The notes beneath the pieces were generated by a model. It saw only the letters and a list, made by a program, of their open reading frames with translations, did not search any database and was not told the origin of the DNA. This document shows positions 9,784-19,792 of a stretch of 64,000 nt of DNA, piece by piece. Numbering within the stretch: the first letter of the stretch is position 1; every line of letters starts with the position of its first letter. Both the position numbers and the translations under genes were made by a program. The stretch lies in NCBI GenBank assembly GCA_963771525.1, contig CAVYTL010000001.1:202457-266456 (forward strand). The letters run 5' to 3'. The DNA comes from Vulcanimicrobiota bacterium (GTDB taxonomy: Bacteria; Vulcanimicrobiota; Vulcanimicrobiia; Vulcanimicrobiales; Vulcanimicrobiaceae).

Positions 9784-11594
9784 ACGACGCCGCGCACGCG
9801 CCGCTGATCTCGGTGCTGATCCCGAACTACAACTACGCCAAGTACGTCGGCGCGGCCGTCGAGAGCGCGTTGGCGCAGACGTATCCGAACGTCGAGGTCG
9901 TCGTCTCCGACAACTGCTCGACCGACGGCGCGTGGGAGCTGCTGAACGAGCGCTTCGGCGAGCATCCGCGCGTGCGGCTGAACCGGAACGCGACGAACAT
10001 CGGGATGGCGCGCAACTTCGACCGGCTCCTGGAGCTCGCGCGCGGCGAGTTCGTGCTATGCCTCTCGTCCGACGACTTTCTGCTGCCTCCGCATCTCGAG
10101 CGCCTCGCGGAAGGCTTCCGCCGCGACCCCGCGCTCGACGTCGTGTGGTGCAACGCGTACTTCGCGCGCGAGGACGGCACCGTGTACGCCACGCGCGCGC
10201 TCCCCGGGGAGTTCCCGGTGTCGTACAGCGACGCGCGCGACGAGCTCGTCGAGAACTTCACGACCGTCTGTCCCGTCTGCTTTCCGTGCGCGCTCTTCAA
10301 GCGCGCGACGCTGCTCGAGCCCGGGATGTGCGGCGATCCGGTCAACGGCCAGGATGCGCGCGACTGGGAAGTGATCATCCGGCTCGCGCTCGCCGGCAAG
10401 CGGTTCGCCTACATCGCGCAGCCGAGCATGGCGATCCGGCTGCACGGCGATCAGTTCAGCGGCGACCTGTACCACCGGACCGGCCGCAACGTGATCGACT
10501 TCGCCTCCTACGTCGAGCGCTACATGGACCATCCCGGGTTCGTGCGACGCATGCGCGGGCACGAGGCGTACGTCGCGCGGTTTCTACGCTCGCTCGTCGC
10601 GGGCGCGGTGCATCGCAACGCGGGAGTATCGCCGTTCGACGCCGCGCAGGACGCGTGGTTCGCGGCGCTCGCCGCACGCCTCGATGCGCGCGGCGCCGCC
10701 TACGAGCCAGCCCGCGTGCGCGAGTCGAAGATCAGCGTCGTGATGCAGACCGCGGGCTCCCCGCGCCCGCTGCTCGACGCGCTCGATTCGCTCCGCGCGC
10801 AGACGTTCGCGAACTGGGAGGCCGTCATCGTCGATCACGGCCGGATCGACTGCGAGGCCCTGCTACGCGCGCACCCGGCCTGGCCGCGCACGTCGTACGT
10901 GCGGCTTCCGGCGCCGGTAACCGTCGGCGCCGCGCGCAACCTCGCCCTGCGCATGGCACGGGGCGAGTATCTCGCATTCCTCGATCCGGACAATCGCTTC
11001 GCGCCGGAGCACCTGCAGTCGGCCGTCGATGCGATCGTGCGCTCGGGCGCGGTGGCGACGTTCGCCGGTTCGCGCCTCGTCGTCGAACGCACGGATGCCG
11101 TCGCGCTCTCGCCGGAGCGCATCGGCGACGCGCCCTACGGCGGCGGCGAGCCGGATCTCGCGCGGCTGACCGTCGCGCACGCGATCCCGCTCGACGCCTT
11201 CGTCATCTATCGCGGCGCGCTCGCGCGCACGGGCACGTTCAACGCGAGCGTTCCGTCGCTGGACGATTGGGACTTCGCCATGAACCTCGCGCGCGCCGTG
11301 CGCTGCGTCCCGACGGGCGACATCACGCTCGACGTCGTCGCGCGCCTCGACCTCGCCGCGCAGCGGCTCGCGGCATCCTATCCGTCGTATCTCGTCGTGC
11401 TCGATGCGCTCTATGCGGCGCATCCGGTCGACGCCGCGCTCGCGGACGCGCGCGCCGGCCATCGCGCCGCGGTCGCCGAGGCGCTCGGCGCGGCAGGCGA
11501 CTGGGTGCGCGAACCGCGCGGGCTCGTCGCGTTCATGCACGCGCTCGCCGGCCGCGCCGGCGCGGCGCCGTTGCGCCTCGCTCAGCCCGCGTAA
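9780..11594 (+). CDS. Glycosyltransferase with two tandem family 2 domains
   Basis: [21 protein letters not shown], then [26 protein letters not shown]; GTGA-coupled to rfbF. Confidence 0.9.
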   Translation: MNDAAHAPLISVLIPNYNYAKYVGAAVESALAQTYPNVEVVVSDNCSTDGAWELLNERFGEHPRVRLNRNATNIGMARNFDRLLELARGEFVLCLSSDDFLLPPHLERLAEGFRRDPALDVVWCNAYFAREDGTVYATRALPGEFPVSYSDARDELVENFTTVCPVCFPCALFKRATLLEPGMCGDPVNGQDARDWEVIIRLALAGKRFAYIAQPSMAIRLHGDQFSGDLYHRTGRNVIDFASYVERYMDHPGFVRRMRGHEAYVARFLRSLVAGAVHRNAGVSPFDAAQDAWFAALAARLDARGAAYEPARVRESKISVVMQTAGSPRPLLDALDSLRAQTFANWEAVIVDHGRIDCEALLRAHPAWPRTSYVRLPAPVTVGAARNLALRMARGEYLAFLDPDNRFAPEHLQSAVDAIVRSGAVATFAGSRLVVERTDAVALSPERIGDAPYGGGEPDLARLTVAHAIPLDAFVIYRGALARTGTFNASVPSLDDWDFAMNLARAVRCVPTGDITLDVVARLDLAAQRLAASYPSYLVVLDALYAAHPVDAALADARAGHRAAVAEALGAAGDWVREPRGLVAFMHALAGRAGAAPLRLAQPA

Positions 11595-12631
11595 GCGTTC
11601 AGGTCGCGCTCGACGAGGCCCTCGACGTCCTCGCCGGCGAGGAAGTCGCGATACCATGCGGCCGTTGCGTCGACCGCGCGCGGCGCGTCCCATTGCGGCG
11701 CCCAGCCGAGCTCGGCCCGCGCGCGCGACGAGTCGACGGCGAGGACCGCCGTCTCGTGCTCCGGCGCCGGTTCGACGCGAATCGCGTCGAACGGGTTCGC
11801 GCCGAGCGCGCGCACGAAGCGCTCCGCGACGTCGCGCACGCGCAGCGCCGCATCGGGCCCGAAGTTGTAGGCGGATGACGGCGCGCGGTTCGCCGCGAGC
11901 GCGCGCGCGAGCGTGACGTAGCCGTGCAGCGGGTCGAGCACGTGCTGCCACGGGCGGATCGCGTCGGGGCGGCGCAGCACGAGCGGCGCGCGCGACGCGA
12001 ACGCGCGGAACGCGTCCGGCACGAGCCGGTCGGGCGCGAAGTCGCCTCCGCCGATCACGTTGCCGGCGCGGGCGGTCGCGACGCGCGGCGCATCGGCCGA
12101 TGCGAAGTACGCGGCGCGGTAGGTCTCGACGACGAGCTCGGCCGCGGCCTTGCTGCCCGCGTACGGGTCCGCGCCGCCGAGCCGGTCGTTCTCGCCGTAG
12201 CCCGCGTCGCGCGGACGGTCCGCGTAGACCTTGTCGCTCGTCACGACCACGACGTTCTCGACGGACGCGGTGCGGCGGACCGCTTCGAGGAGATGGACCG
12301 TCCCCATCACGTTCGTCGCGTACGTTTCGACGGGCTCGGCGTAGCCGCGCCGCACGAGCGCCTGCGCGGCGAGATGGAACACCGTCGCCGGACGAGCGGC
12401 GGAGAGGGCGGCTGCGAGCGCGCCGGCCTCGCGCACGTCGACCATGCGCTGGTCGACGTGCCGTGCGTACGGAGCCGCTGCCCAGAGGCTCGGCTGCGTG
12501 TCGGGCGGCAGCGCGACGCCCGCGACGCGCGCGCCGAGCCGCAGCAGCAGCGCGCAGAGCCACGTGCCCTTGAAGCCCGTATGCCCCGTGACCAGGACCC
12601 GGCGCCCGCGCCAGAAACCGGCGTCAGCCAT
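11582..12631 (-). CDS. rfbG: CDP-glucose 4,6-dehydratase
   Basis: FWRGRRVLVTGHTGFKGTWL, HLAAQALVR, TSDKVY, DPYAGSK, RAGNVIGGGD, RPWQHVLDPL. Confidence 0.96.
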   Translation of the reverse strand: MADAGFWRGRRVLVTGHTGFKGTWLCALLLRLGARVAGVALPPDTQPSLWAAAPYARHVDQRMVDVREAGALAAALSAARPATVFHLAAQALVRRGYAEPVETYATNVMGTVHLLEAVRRTASVENVVVVTSDKVYADRPRDAGYGENDRLGGADPYAGSKAAAELVVETYRAAYFASADAPRVATARAGNVIGGGDFAPDRLVPDAFRAFASRAPLVLRRPDAIRPWQHVLDPLHGYVTLARALAANRAPSSAYNFGPDAALRVRDVAERFVRALGANPFDAIRVEPAPEHETAVLAVDSSRARAELGWAPQWDAPRAVDATAAWYRDFLAGEDVEGLVERDLNAYAG

Positions 12632-13175
12632 GGACGTCACGGCGACCGGTCTCGAGGGCGTGCGGCACATCCGGCTTGCGCCCGCGCGCGACGCGCGCGG
12701 CTGGTTCGCGCGCACCTTCGACGCCGCCGCATTCGGCGCGCAGGGTCTCGTCACGTCGTGGCCGCTGCACGCGGAGGCGTGGAACGAACGTGCGGGCACG
12801 ATCCGCGGCCTGCACTTGCAGCGCCCGCCGTACGCCGAGGTGAAGATCATTCGCTGCACGCGCGGCACGGTGTACGACGTGCTGCTGGACGTCCGGCGCG
12901 GGTCGCGCACGTTCGGGCGCTGGGAGGCCTTCGAGCTGCGCGCGGACGACGCGGTCGCGCTCTACGCGCCGGCCGGGATCGCGCACGGCTACCAGTCGCT
13001 CACCGACGACGCGACGCTGCATTATCTGATCTCGGAACCGTACGCGCCCGACGCGGCGATCGGATACCGGTACGACTCGCCGGCGCTCGGCATCCCGTGG
13101 CCGCTGCCGCCGGGAATCATCTCCGAGCGCGACCGCGCGCTGCCGCGCTTCGATCCGTCACGCGTCGATGCGTAG
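12630..13175 (+). CDS. rfbC: NDP-4-keto-6-deoxyhexose 3,5-epimerase (RmlC/RfbC family)
   Basis: DARGWFAR, GTIRGLHLQ, KIIRCTRG.VYDVLLDVR, GIAHGYQSL, LGIPWP..ISERD. Confidence 0.93.
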   Translation: MDVTATGLEGVRHIRLAPARDARGWFARTFDAAAFGAQGLVTSWPLHAEAWNERAGTIRGLHLQRPPYAEVKIIRCTRGTVYDVLLDVRRGSRTFGRWEAFELRADDAVALYAPAGIAHGYQSLTDDATLHYLISEPYAPDAAIGYRYDSPALGIPWPLPPGIISERDRALPRFDPSRVDA

Positions 13176-14504
13176 CTCGGGGATCGCGAGCACGAAGCGC
13201 CCGCCCCAGCCGCGCACGTCGTCGAGCTCGGAGCGGATCTCCGCTTCGACGTTCCAGGGGAAGATCACGACGTAGTCCGGGTGCTCTTCGCGGATTCGCT
13301 CCGGGGCGACGATCGGAATGCGCACGCCCGGGATGAGGTGCTGCTGCTTGTGCGGGCTCTTGTCGGCCACGTACGGCAGCAGGTCGGCGCGCACGCCGGC
13401 GTAGTTCAGGAGCGTCGTCGCCTTGGCCGCGGCGCCGTAGCCGGCGACGCGCATCCCGCGGTGCTTCGCGTCGATCAGGAACGCGACGAAGTCGTCCTTG
13501 ATGCGCGCGACGCGCTCGCCGAACGCGGCGTACGTCGCCGGATCGTGCAAGCCGGCGGCGCGCTCGGCGGCGGCGATGCGCGCGACGCTCGCGTCGGCGG
13601 CGCGCGAGCCGCGCGGCGCGACGAACACCCGCAGCGACCCGCCGTGCGTCGGTAGCTCCGCGATCTCGACGATCTCGAGGCCGTGGCGCGCGAACAGCGG
13701 TGCCAGCGCGATCGTCGAGAGGTACGAGAAATGCTCGTGGTAGATCGTGTCGAACTGCGTGCCGGCGACCGTGCGCAGCAGGTGCGGAAACTCGAATGTC
13801 GCCATGCCGTCGGCCGCCAGCAGCTCGGCGAAGCCGCCGACGAAGTCGTTCAGGTCCGGAACGTGCGCGAGCACGTTGTTGGCGACGATCAGGTGGGCCG
13901 CGCCGGACTGCGCGCGAACGCGCTTCGCGAGCGCGACGCCGAAGAACTCGTCGATCGTCGGAACCCCGGCCGCGCGCGCGACCGCCGCGACGTTGCTCGC
14001 CGGCTCGATCCCGAGCGCGTCGACGCCGCGCGCGACGAACCCGCGCAGCAGGTAGCCGTCGTTGCTCGCGACCTCGACGACACGCGAGCCGGGTCCGATG
14101 CCCCGCCGCGTCATCTCCTCGACGTAGGCCTCGGCGTGCGCGAGCCACGTCGTCGAGTATGACGAGAAATAGCGGTAGTCGCGGAAGAGCTCGTCCGGCG
14201 CCGCGAAGACGTCGAGCTGCACGAGGCTGCAGCGCGCGCAGACGTGCGCGTGCAGCGGGTAGAGCATCTCGCCGGAAACCACGGCGCTCGGCGGCGTCAG
14301 GGCGTTCGACGGCGGCGAGAGCCCCAAGTCGACGACGCTGCGCAGATCGGCGCAGCCGCACGCGCGGCACACGAACGCCTCGCTCTGGTCATCCTGAGCT
14401 CGTCGAAGGGCCTGAGCTCGTCGAAGGGCCGTGTCATCCTGGGTCGCTCGCACGGAGGTGTCGTCATCCTGAGCTCGTCGAAGGGGCGAGAACCACGCCA
14501 TCAT
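13158..14504 (-). CDS. NDP-sugar C-methyltransferase (Zn-binding N-terminus, class I SAM domain)
   Basis: CRAC..VDLG..PPSN, C..CSLVQL, VEVASNDGYLL, FDTIYHEHFSY, HGGSLR, GYGAAAK; start is ATG 14504/14501 or GTG 14372. Confidence 0.92.
   Translation of the reverse strand: MMAWFSPLRRAQDDDTSVRATQDDTALRRAQALRRAQDDQSEAFVCRACGCADLRSVVDLGLSPPSNALTPPSAVVSGEMLYPLHAHVCARCSLVQLDVFAAPDELFRDYRYFSSYSTTWLAHAEAYVEEMTRRGIGPGSRVVEVASNDGYLLRGFVARGVDALGIEPASNVAAVARAAGVPTIDEFFGVALAKRVRAQSGAAHLIVANNVLAHVPDLNDFVGGFAELLAADGMATFEFPHLLRTVAGTQFDTIYHEHFSYLSTIALAPLFARHGLEIVEIAELPTHGGSLRVFVAPRGSRAADASVARIAAAERAAGLHDPATYAAFGERVARIKDDFVAFLIDAKHRGMRVAGYGAAAKATTLLNYAGVRADLLPYVADKSPHKQQHLIPGVRIPIVAPERIREEHPDYVVIFPWNVEAEIRSELDDVRGWGGRFVLAIPELRIDA
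14388..14485. repeat. Cluster of GTCATCCTGAGCTCGTCGAAGGG repeats (2 full, 2 partial)
   Basis: Full copies 14388-14410 and 14463-14485, partial copies 14411-14428 and 14433-14441; translated as LRRAQDD in the methyltransferase frame. Confidence 0.92.
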
Positions 14505-14508
14505 GCGG

Positions 14509-15675
14509 TTACGCGAAGAACGAGCGCACGCCGTCGATCACGCGCTCGATCGACCGCTCCGCCATCAGCGAGTGCAGCGGCAGCGTCATGACCTCGTCGA
14601 CGACGCGCTCCGTCACCGGCATCGGCGAACGCCGTGCGGAGGCGAAGTACGTGTGCCGGTGCACGGGGACGAAGTGGATGCCGACGTCGACCCCGCGCGC
14701 GCCCAGGTGCGCGATCAGCGCCTCGCGCGCGCCGGCCGGCACGCGCAGACTGTAGATGAAGGGCGAGACGTCCGCATAGTCGCGACGAAGCACGCGGACG
14801 TCCGGTAGCTCGTCGAACGCCGCGGAGTACCGCGTGCACACCGCGCGGCGGCCGGCGATGAACTCGTCGACGCGCTTGATCTGCGAGACCCCCACGCTCG
14901 CCATGACGTTGGTGAGGTGGTACCGGAAGCCTTCGGAGACGACGTCGTAGTCCCACGCGCGCTTGTTCTGATAGCGCAGGGTCGTGTCTTTGTCGACGCC
15001 GAGCAGCCGCAGGTGCTGCAGGCGCTCGAACTCCTCGCGGTACGGCGTGACGACGCAGCCGCCGTCGATCGACGTGATGATCTTGACCGGATCGAAGCTG
15101 AAGAACTGGACGTCGCCCGCCGCGCCGACGCGCTCGCCGTCCACCGTGCTGCCGAACGCATGACACGCATCCTCGATGACGCGCAGGCCGCGGCGGCGCG
15201 CGAGCGCGTAGACGTCGCCGATCGCACAGGGGACGCCCGAGAAGTGCAGCGGCACGATCGCCTTCGTGCGCGGGGTGATCAGCGTCTCCGCGCACGCGAC
15301 GTCGATGCCGAGATCGGCCTCGCGGATGTCGCACATGACGACCTCCGCGCCGGTGGCACGGATCGCCTGATGGTCGGCGACGTAGTTGAACGAGGGCGTG
15401 ATCACTTCGTCGCCGGGCCCGATCCCCGCGGCGAGCAGCGCGATGTGCAGCGCCGACGTGCCGGTGTTCGTCGCAACGACGAACCTGTCTTGGAGTCCGA
15501 GATAGCGAGCGATCCGCTCCTCGAAGTCTTTCGTCGTGGCGCCCATGCCGAGCCATCCGACGTCGAGCGCGTCGGTCAGATGCTTGAGCGTATCGACCCC
15601 GATGTACGGGACGAACACGGGCACCCGATCGTCCGACGACGCCGGCGTGACCGGGGCGCGGTCGAGGACGTTCAT
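14509..15675 (-). CDS. DegT/DnrJ/EryC1/StrS PLP-dependent sugar aminotransferase
   Basis: NTGTSALHIAL, GPGDEVI, IEDACHAFG, FSFDPVKIITSIDGG (PLP lysine). Confidence 0.95.
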   Translation of the reverse strand: MNVLDRAPVTPASSDDRVPVFVPYIGVDTLKHLTDALDVGWLGMGATTKDFEERIARYLGLQDRFVVATNTGTSALHIALLAAGIGPGDEVITPSFNYVADHQAIRATGAEVVMCDIREADLGIDVACAETLITPRTKAIVPLHFSGVPCAIGDVYALARRRGLRVIEDACHAFGSTVDGERVGAAGDVQFFSFDPVKIITSIDGGCVVTPYREEFERLQHLRLLGVDKDTTLRYQNKRAWDYDVVSEGFRYHLTNVMASVGVSQIKRVDEFIAGRRAVCTRYSAAFDELPDVRVLRRDYADVSPFIYSLRVPAGAREALIAHLGARGVDVGIHFVPVHRHTYFASARRSPMPVTERVVDEVMTLPLHSLMAERSIERVIDGVRSFFA

Positions 15676-15707
15676 GCTATTGCTGCGGGCCTCCGTTGAC
15701 GATTACT

Positions 15708-15735
15708 GTATCGGTGAGCGATATCGCCGGCTTGA
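15708..15735 (-). promoter_or_regulatory. sigma28-type promoter for the aminotransferase unit
   Basis: Minus strand TCAA(15735-15732)-N16-ACCGATAC(15715-15708), same spacing as the flaG promoter, 32 nt before ATG 15675. Confidence 0.6.
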
Positions 15736-15737
15736 GC

Positions 15738-16496
15738 GTGCCCCGCGGTGAGGCGGCGACGGATCCGCACGATCCGAAAGACGGCGCACTGCTGCGCCGC
15801 ATGGGCGCCGATCCCGAGGTGCGCGCCGCGTGGAAGCGTGCGCTGGACGTGATCGCGCCGTACCGGTACGCCTACAACTGGTCGTGGCTCGGACGTCCGG
15901 CGATTCAGTTTCCGCAAGATCTGATGGCGTTCCAGGAGATCATCTGGCGCACGCGCCCCGATGTCGTCGTCGAGACCGGCATCGCGCACGGCGGCTCGCT
16001 CGTGTTCTCGGCCTCGATGCTGGAACTGCTCGGCGGCGAGCGGGAGGCGATCGGCGTCGACATCGACATCCGCCCGCACAACCGGGCAGCCATCGAGGCG
16101 CACCCGCTCGCGCACCGCATTCGCATGATCGAAGGATCGTCGGTCGATCCGGGCACCGCCGCGCGCGTCCGCGAGCGCGTCGCCGGCCGCACCGCGATGG
16201 TGATCCTCGACTCGAACCACACGGCCGAGCACGTCGCGCGCGAGCTCGACCTCTATGCGCCGCTCGTGCGCCAAGGGCTCTTTCTCGTCGTGATGGACAC
16301 GGCGGTCGAGTACGCGGACGCCGCGGCGATCGTCGACCGCCCGTGGGGTCCCGGCAACAGCCCGATGACGGCCGTCGACGCGTTCCTCGCGCGGGAAACT
16401 CGCTTCGTCATCGACGAGGAGTACGACGCGAAGCTGCTGTTCACGGTCGCGCCGCGCGGCTATCTGCGCGCGCTCGGCGACGCCGACCGCGCGTGA
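15738..16496 (+). CDS. CmcI (cephalosporin hydroxylase)-family methyltransferase
   Basis: YAYNWSWLGRPAIQFPQD, RPDVVVETGIAHGGS, ILDSNHT.EHV, PWGPGNSP; start uncertain (15696, 15714 or 15738). Confidence 0.92.
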   Translation: MPRGEAATDPHDPKDGALLRRMGADPEVRAAWKRALDVIAPYRYAYNWSWLGRPAIQFPQDLMAFQEIIWRTRPDVVVETGIAHGGSLVFSASMLELLGGEREAIGVDIDIRPHNRAAIEAHPLAHRIRMIEGSSVDPGTAARVRERVAGRTAMVILDSNHTAEHVARELDLYAPLVRQGLFLVVMDTAVEYADAAAIVDRPWGPGNSPMTAVDAFLARETRFVIDEEYDAKLLFTVAPRGYLRALGDADRA

Positions 16497-16996
16497 CGGC
16501 GTGCCGCGCGCCGCGCGATGACGACGTTCACGCGCTCACGGCGATCAGGAACGACCTGCCGACGCAGTACAAGCTTCTCGCGGACCCGCGGCCGAACAGC
16601 GAGGACGACGTGCGCGCGTGGATCGCGCGCCGGACGAACGACGCGGCCGCCCTGTTCTGGGTCGTCGCGGACGACAGGGGCACCGCCGTCGGGTACGCGC
16701 AGATCGTCGACATCGACGTGCGCAGCCGTCACGGACGATTGGGGATCGCGCTCGGCACCGCGCACCGGGGTCGCGGCCACGGGCGCGCCGCGCTCGCTCA
16801 CGTGCTCGCCGCCGCGAGCGCGGACGCGCGGCTCGACAAGCTCGTGCTCCACGTCGCGGCGGACAACGTGAGCGCGCACGCGCTCTACCGCAAGGCCGGC
16901 TTTCGCGACGTCGGCGTGCTCGCGCGACACTACCGCGCGGGCGACGGGTGGCACGACGTCGCGATCATGGAGCGCTTCGTGAAGGACGTCGCGTGA
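16493..16996 (+). CDS. GNAT N-acetyltransferase (RimL/PseH-like)
   Basis: HRGRGHGRAA acetyl-CoA motif, N..A.ALYRKAGF; coupled at both ends. Confidence 0.88.
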   Translation: MTACRAPRDDDVHALTAIRNDLPTQYKLLADPRPNSEDDVRAWIARRTNDAAALFWVVADDRGTAVGYAQIVDIDVRSRHGRLGIALGTAHRGRGHGRAALAHVLAAASADARLDKLVLHVAADNVSAHALYRKAGFRDVGVLARHYRAGDGWHDVAIMERFVKDVA

Positions 16997-17727
16997 AGAC
17001 GGTCGTCATCATGCAGCCGCAGTTCTTTCCGTGGCGCGGGCTCTTCGAGCAGATTCGCCTCGCCGACGAGTTCGTGCACCTCGACGACGCGCAGTTCCAG
17101 AAGGGCGGCTTCACCAACCGCGTGCAGATCAAGACCGCCTCCGGCCCGGCATGGCTCACCGTGCCCGTGCTGCGGTCCGGCCGCTTGCCGCCGATCGCCG
17201 AGGTCGAGATCGACTACCGCACGGACTGGCGCGCGAAGCACGCGCGCACGATCGCGATGAGCTACGCGCGTGCGCCCTTCGTGCGCGCCGCGCTCGCGAT
17301 CGTGGAGGACGTGTACGCGGCGTCGCCGCGCACGATCGCCGACCTCGACATCGCGGCGCTCGAGCGCTGCTGCGCCGAGCTCGGCCTGCGACCCGCGTTC
17401 AGCCGGGCATCGTCCACGCCCGTCGCGGGCGCGAAGACCGAGCGCGTCCTGGAGTTGCTGCGCCCGCGCGGCGCGACGCGCTACGTCACCGGCCTGGGCG
17501 CCCTGCGGTATCTGGACGAGCCGCTGCTCGCCGCTGCGGGCATCGACGTGCGCGTGATGGCGTACACGCGCCGGCCGTACGCGCAGCTCCACGGCGCCTT
17601 CGATCCGCACGTGTCGGTCCTCGACCTCATCGCGAACCTCGGCGGCGCCGCCGCCGGCGCGCTCGATTCGCCCGCCATCGCGTGGCGCGATGCCGTCGCG
17701 GCAAGCGCCGGAGCGCTCGCGTCGTGA
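16993..17727 (+). CDS. WbqC-family protein
   Basis: IMQPQFFPWRG, DEFVHLDDAQF, NRVQIK..WLTVP, YAQLHGAFDPHVSVLDL. Confidence 0.92.
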   Translation: MKTVVIMQPQFFPWRGLFEQIRLADEFVHLDDAQFQKGGFTNRVQIKTASGPAWLTVPVLRSGRLPPIAEVEIDYRTDWRAKHARTIAMSYARAPFVRAALAIVEDVYAASPRTIADLDIAALERCCAELGLRPAFSRASSTPVAGAKTERVLELLRPRGATRYVTGLGALRYLDEPLLAAAGIDVRVMAYTRRPYAQLHGAFDPHVSVLDLIANLGGAAAGALDSPAIAWRDAVAASAGALAS

Positions 17728-18599
17728 AGTTCGATGCCGAGGTGGTATCGCTGGTGCGCGAGTCGTTCCACGCCGACGGTTTCGTCGTGCTGCGCGGCTG
17801 GCTCGACCTGGCGACGCACGTCGCGCCGCTGCAGCGCGAGCTCGGCATGCTGATCGAGCACGCGGCGCGGGCCTGCGGCGCGCGCTTCACCGCGCCCGAC
17901 GACCCGGCGGAGTTCGACCGCGGCTACCTCGATCTCGTCGCCGCGCACCCGGACGTGCAGCCGCTGGTGTACGACAACGCCAAGAACCTCGTGGCGTTGC
18001 AGCGGCTGATCGTGAGCGAGCCGTTGGCGGACCTGTACCGCACGCTGCGCCGCACGCAGCTCGCCGGCACGGCGCCCGGCGCGAACGGCGTCCGTATCGA
18101 CCGGCCGGGCGACGACCGCCGGCTCGCGCCGTGGCATCAGGAGTTCCAGTACCAATTCCGCAGCCTGGACGGTGTGACGTTCTGGATGCCGCTCGTCCCC
18201 GTCACGGACGAGATGGGCCCCGTCGTGCTCGCGCGCGGATCGCATCGAGGCGGCGTCGAGCCGCTCGTCGACACGTCCGGCAGCGGCGAAGCCGACATGG
18301 CGTCGGGCGCGTACGGCGCGCTGCGGCTGGAGGATGAGGCGACGATTCCGGAGCGGTACGAGCTGTGCGCGCCGCGCTCGGAACCCGGCGACGTGTTCGC
18401 GTTCGACTTCCTCACGTTGCACGCGTCGGGCGCGAACGTCGGCACGCGGGCCCGGTGGACCGTGCAGATTCGCTACTTCAACTTCAGCGACTCGTACGGC
18501 GCGCAAATCCGCTGGATGGGCGGGGTCAAGCACGGCACGTCGCTCGCCTCCGCGAACGCGCTGCTCGCCGAAGCGCGCGCCGCGGCGCTCGCGCGATGA
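17724..18599 (+). CDS. Phytanoyl-CoA dioxygenase (PhyH)-family Fe/2OG oxygenase
   Basis: FHADGFVVLR, PWHQE, TFWMPL, GSH, PGDVFAF..TLHASGAN..RW. Confidence 0.88.
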   Translation: MKFDAEVVSLVRESFHADGFVVLRGWLDLATHVAPLQRELGMLIEHAARACGARFTAPDDPAEFDRGYLDLVAAHPDVQPLVYDNAKNLVALQRLIVSEPLADLYRTLRRTQLAGTAPGANGVRIDRPGDDRRLAPWHQEFQYQFRSLDGVTFWMPLVPVTDEMGPVVLARGSHRGGVEPLVDTSGSGEADMASGAYGALRLEDEATIPERYELCAPRSEPGDVFAFDFLTLHASGANVGTRARWTVQIRYFNFSDSYGAQIRWMGGVKHGTSLASANALLAEARAAALAR

Positions 18600-19792
18600 G
18601 CGTCGCGCTCGCGACGGCGTGCCTGGTTTGCGGCGCGCCGAGCGGCGAACCGGCATACCGGCACGACGGCGCGCTCTCGATCTCGTCGACCGCGCGCCCG
18701 ATCGCGGTGCCGACGGTCGTCTACGCCTGCGGCCGTTGCGGACACGTTCAGACCCCGCCGGTCGAAGACATCGGCGCGTACTACGACCGCGCGTACAACG
18801 TGCACCTCGAGAGCGACGACGCGGACGATCTGTACGACGTGTGCGACGGCCTCCCGGTCTATCGCGCGCAGCACCAGGCGAACGTCGCGCTCGCGAAGCT
18901 CGCACTCCCGCGGGGCGCGTCGGTGCTGGACTACGGCTGCGGCAAAGGGATGACGCTGCGCGCGATGCTCGCGTCGCGCCCGGATCTCGACGGCGCCGTC
19001 TTCGACGTCAGCGACGCGTACCGTGACGCGTGGGATGCGTTCGTGCCGCGCGAGCGTCAGGCGACGTTCGAGCCGTCTGCCGACTGGCACGAGCGGTTCG
19101 ACGCGGTGCTCTCGTTCTTCGCGCTCGAGCACGTCGCGCAGCCGCGCGCTTTCCTCGCCCGCACCCGGACGCTGTTGAAGCCGGGCGGAACGTTCTACCT
19201 CACGGTGCCGAACGTGCGCCGCAACGCGGGCGACTTCATCGTGGTGGACCACGTCAACCACTTCATGCCGACGTCGCTGCAGCTGCTGTTCGCACGCGAA
19301 GGCTTCACCGAAGTCCGCATCGACGAAGAGTCCCACGCCGCAGCCTACGTCGTCACCGCCAAAGCCGGGCCGCTCCGTCATCCCGAGCCCAAACCGTGTC
19401 ATCCTGAGCTTGTCGAAGGGCGCGCCGTCGCGCCCTACCTCGCGGAAGCGCGCGCGCTCGCGGCGTTCTGGACGAACGCGGGCGCAGCGGTGCAGACGTT
19501 CGAGCGCGACGTCGCGCGCGGACGCCGCAGCGCGATCTACGGCAGCGGCTTCTACGGGGTGTTCATCGCGAGCCGCCTGGCCGACCGCTCGCGCGTCGCC
19601 TACTTCCTCGACCGCAACCCGCACCAGCAGGCGAAGCGCATCTTCGACCGGACGGTGATCGCTCCGGACGCGCTCGGCGACGACGTCGAGGTCGTGTACG
19701 TCGGCCTCAATCCGGCGAACGCCCGAACCATCGCCGCCGGCGTCGCATCGCTCCACCGGCGCCCGCGCGAGCTGTTCTTGCTTCGCGGCTAG
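18596..19792 (+). CDS. Class I SAM-dependent methyltransferase with CxxC N-terminus
   Basis: CLVC..CGRCGHVQ, VLDYGCGKG, LEHV, LKPGG..LTVPN, DHVNHF. Confidence 0.88.
   Translation: MSVALATACLVCGAPSGEPAYRHDGALSISSTARPIAVPTVVYACGRCGHVQTPPVEDIGAYYDRAYNVHLESDDADDLYDVCDGLPVYRAQHQANVALAKLALPRGASVLDYGCGKGMTLRAMLASRPDLDGAVFDVSDAYRDAWDAFVPRERQATFEPSADWHERFDAVLSFFALEHVAQPRAFLARTRTLLKPGGTFYLTVPNVRRNAGDFIVVDHVNHFMPTSLQLLFAREGFTEVRIDEESHAAAYVVTAKAGPLRHPEPKPCHPELVEGRAVAPYLAEARALAAFWTNAGAAVQTFERDVARGRRSAIYGSGFYGVFIASRLADRSRVAYFLDRNPHQQAKRIFDRTVIAPDALGDDVEVVYVGLNPANARTIAAGVASLHRRPRELFLLRG
19376..19420. repeat. GTCATCCTGAGCTTGTCGAAGGG repeat plus a degenerate half copy, in frame
   Basis: Full copy 19398-19420, partial 19376-19388; translated RHPEPKPCHPELVEG. 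Confidence 0.9.
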
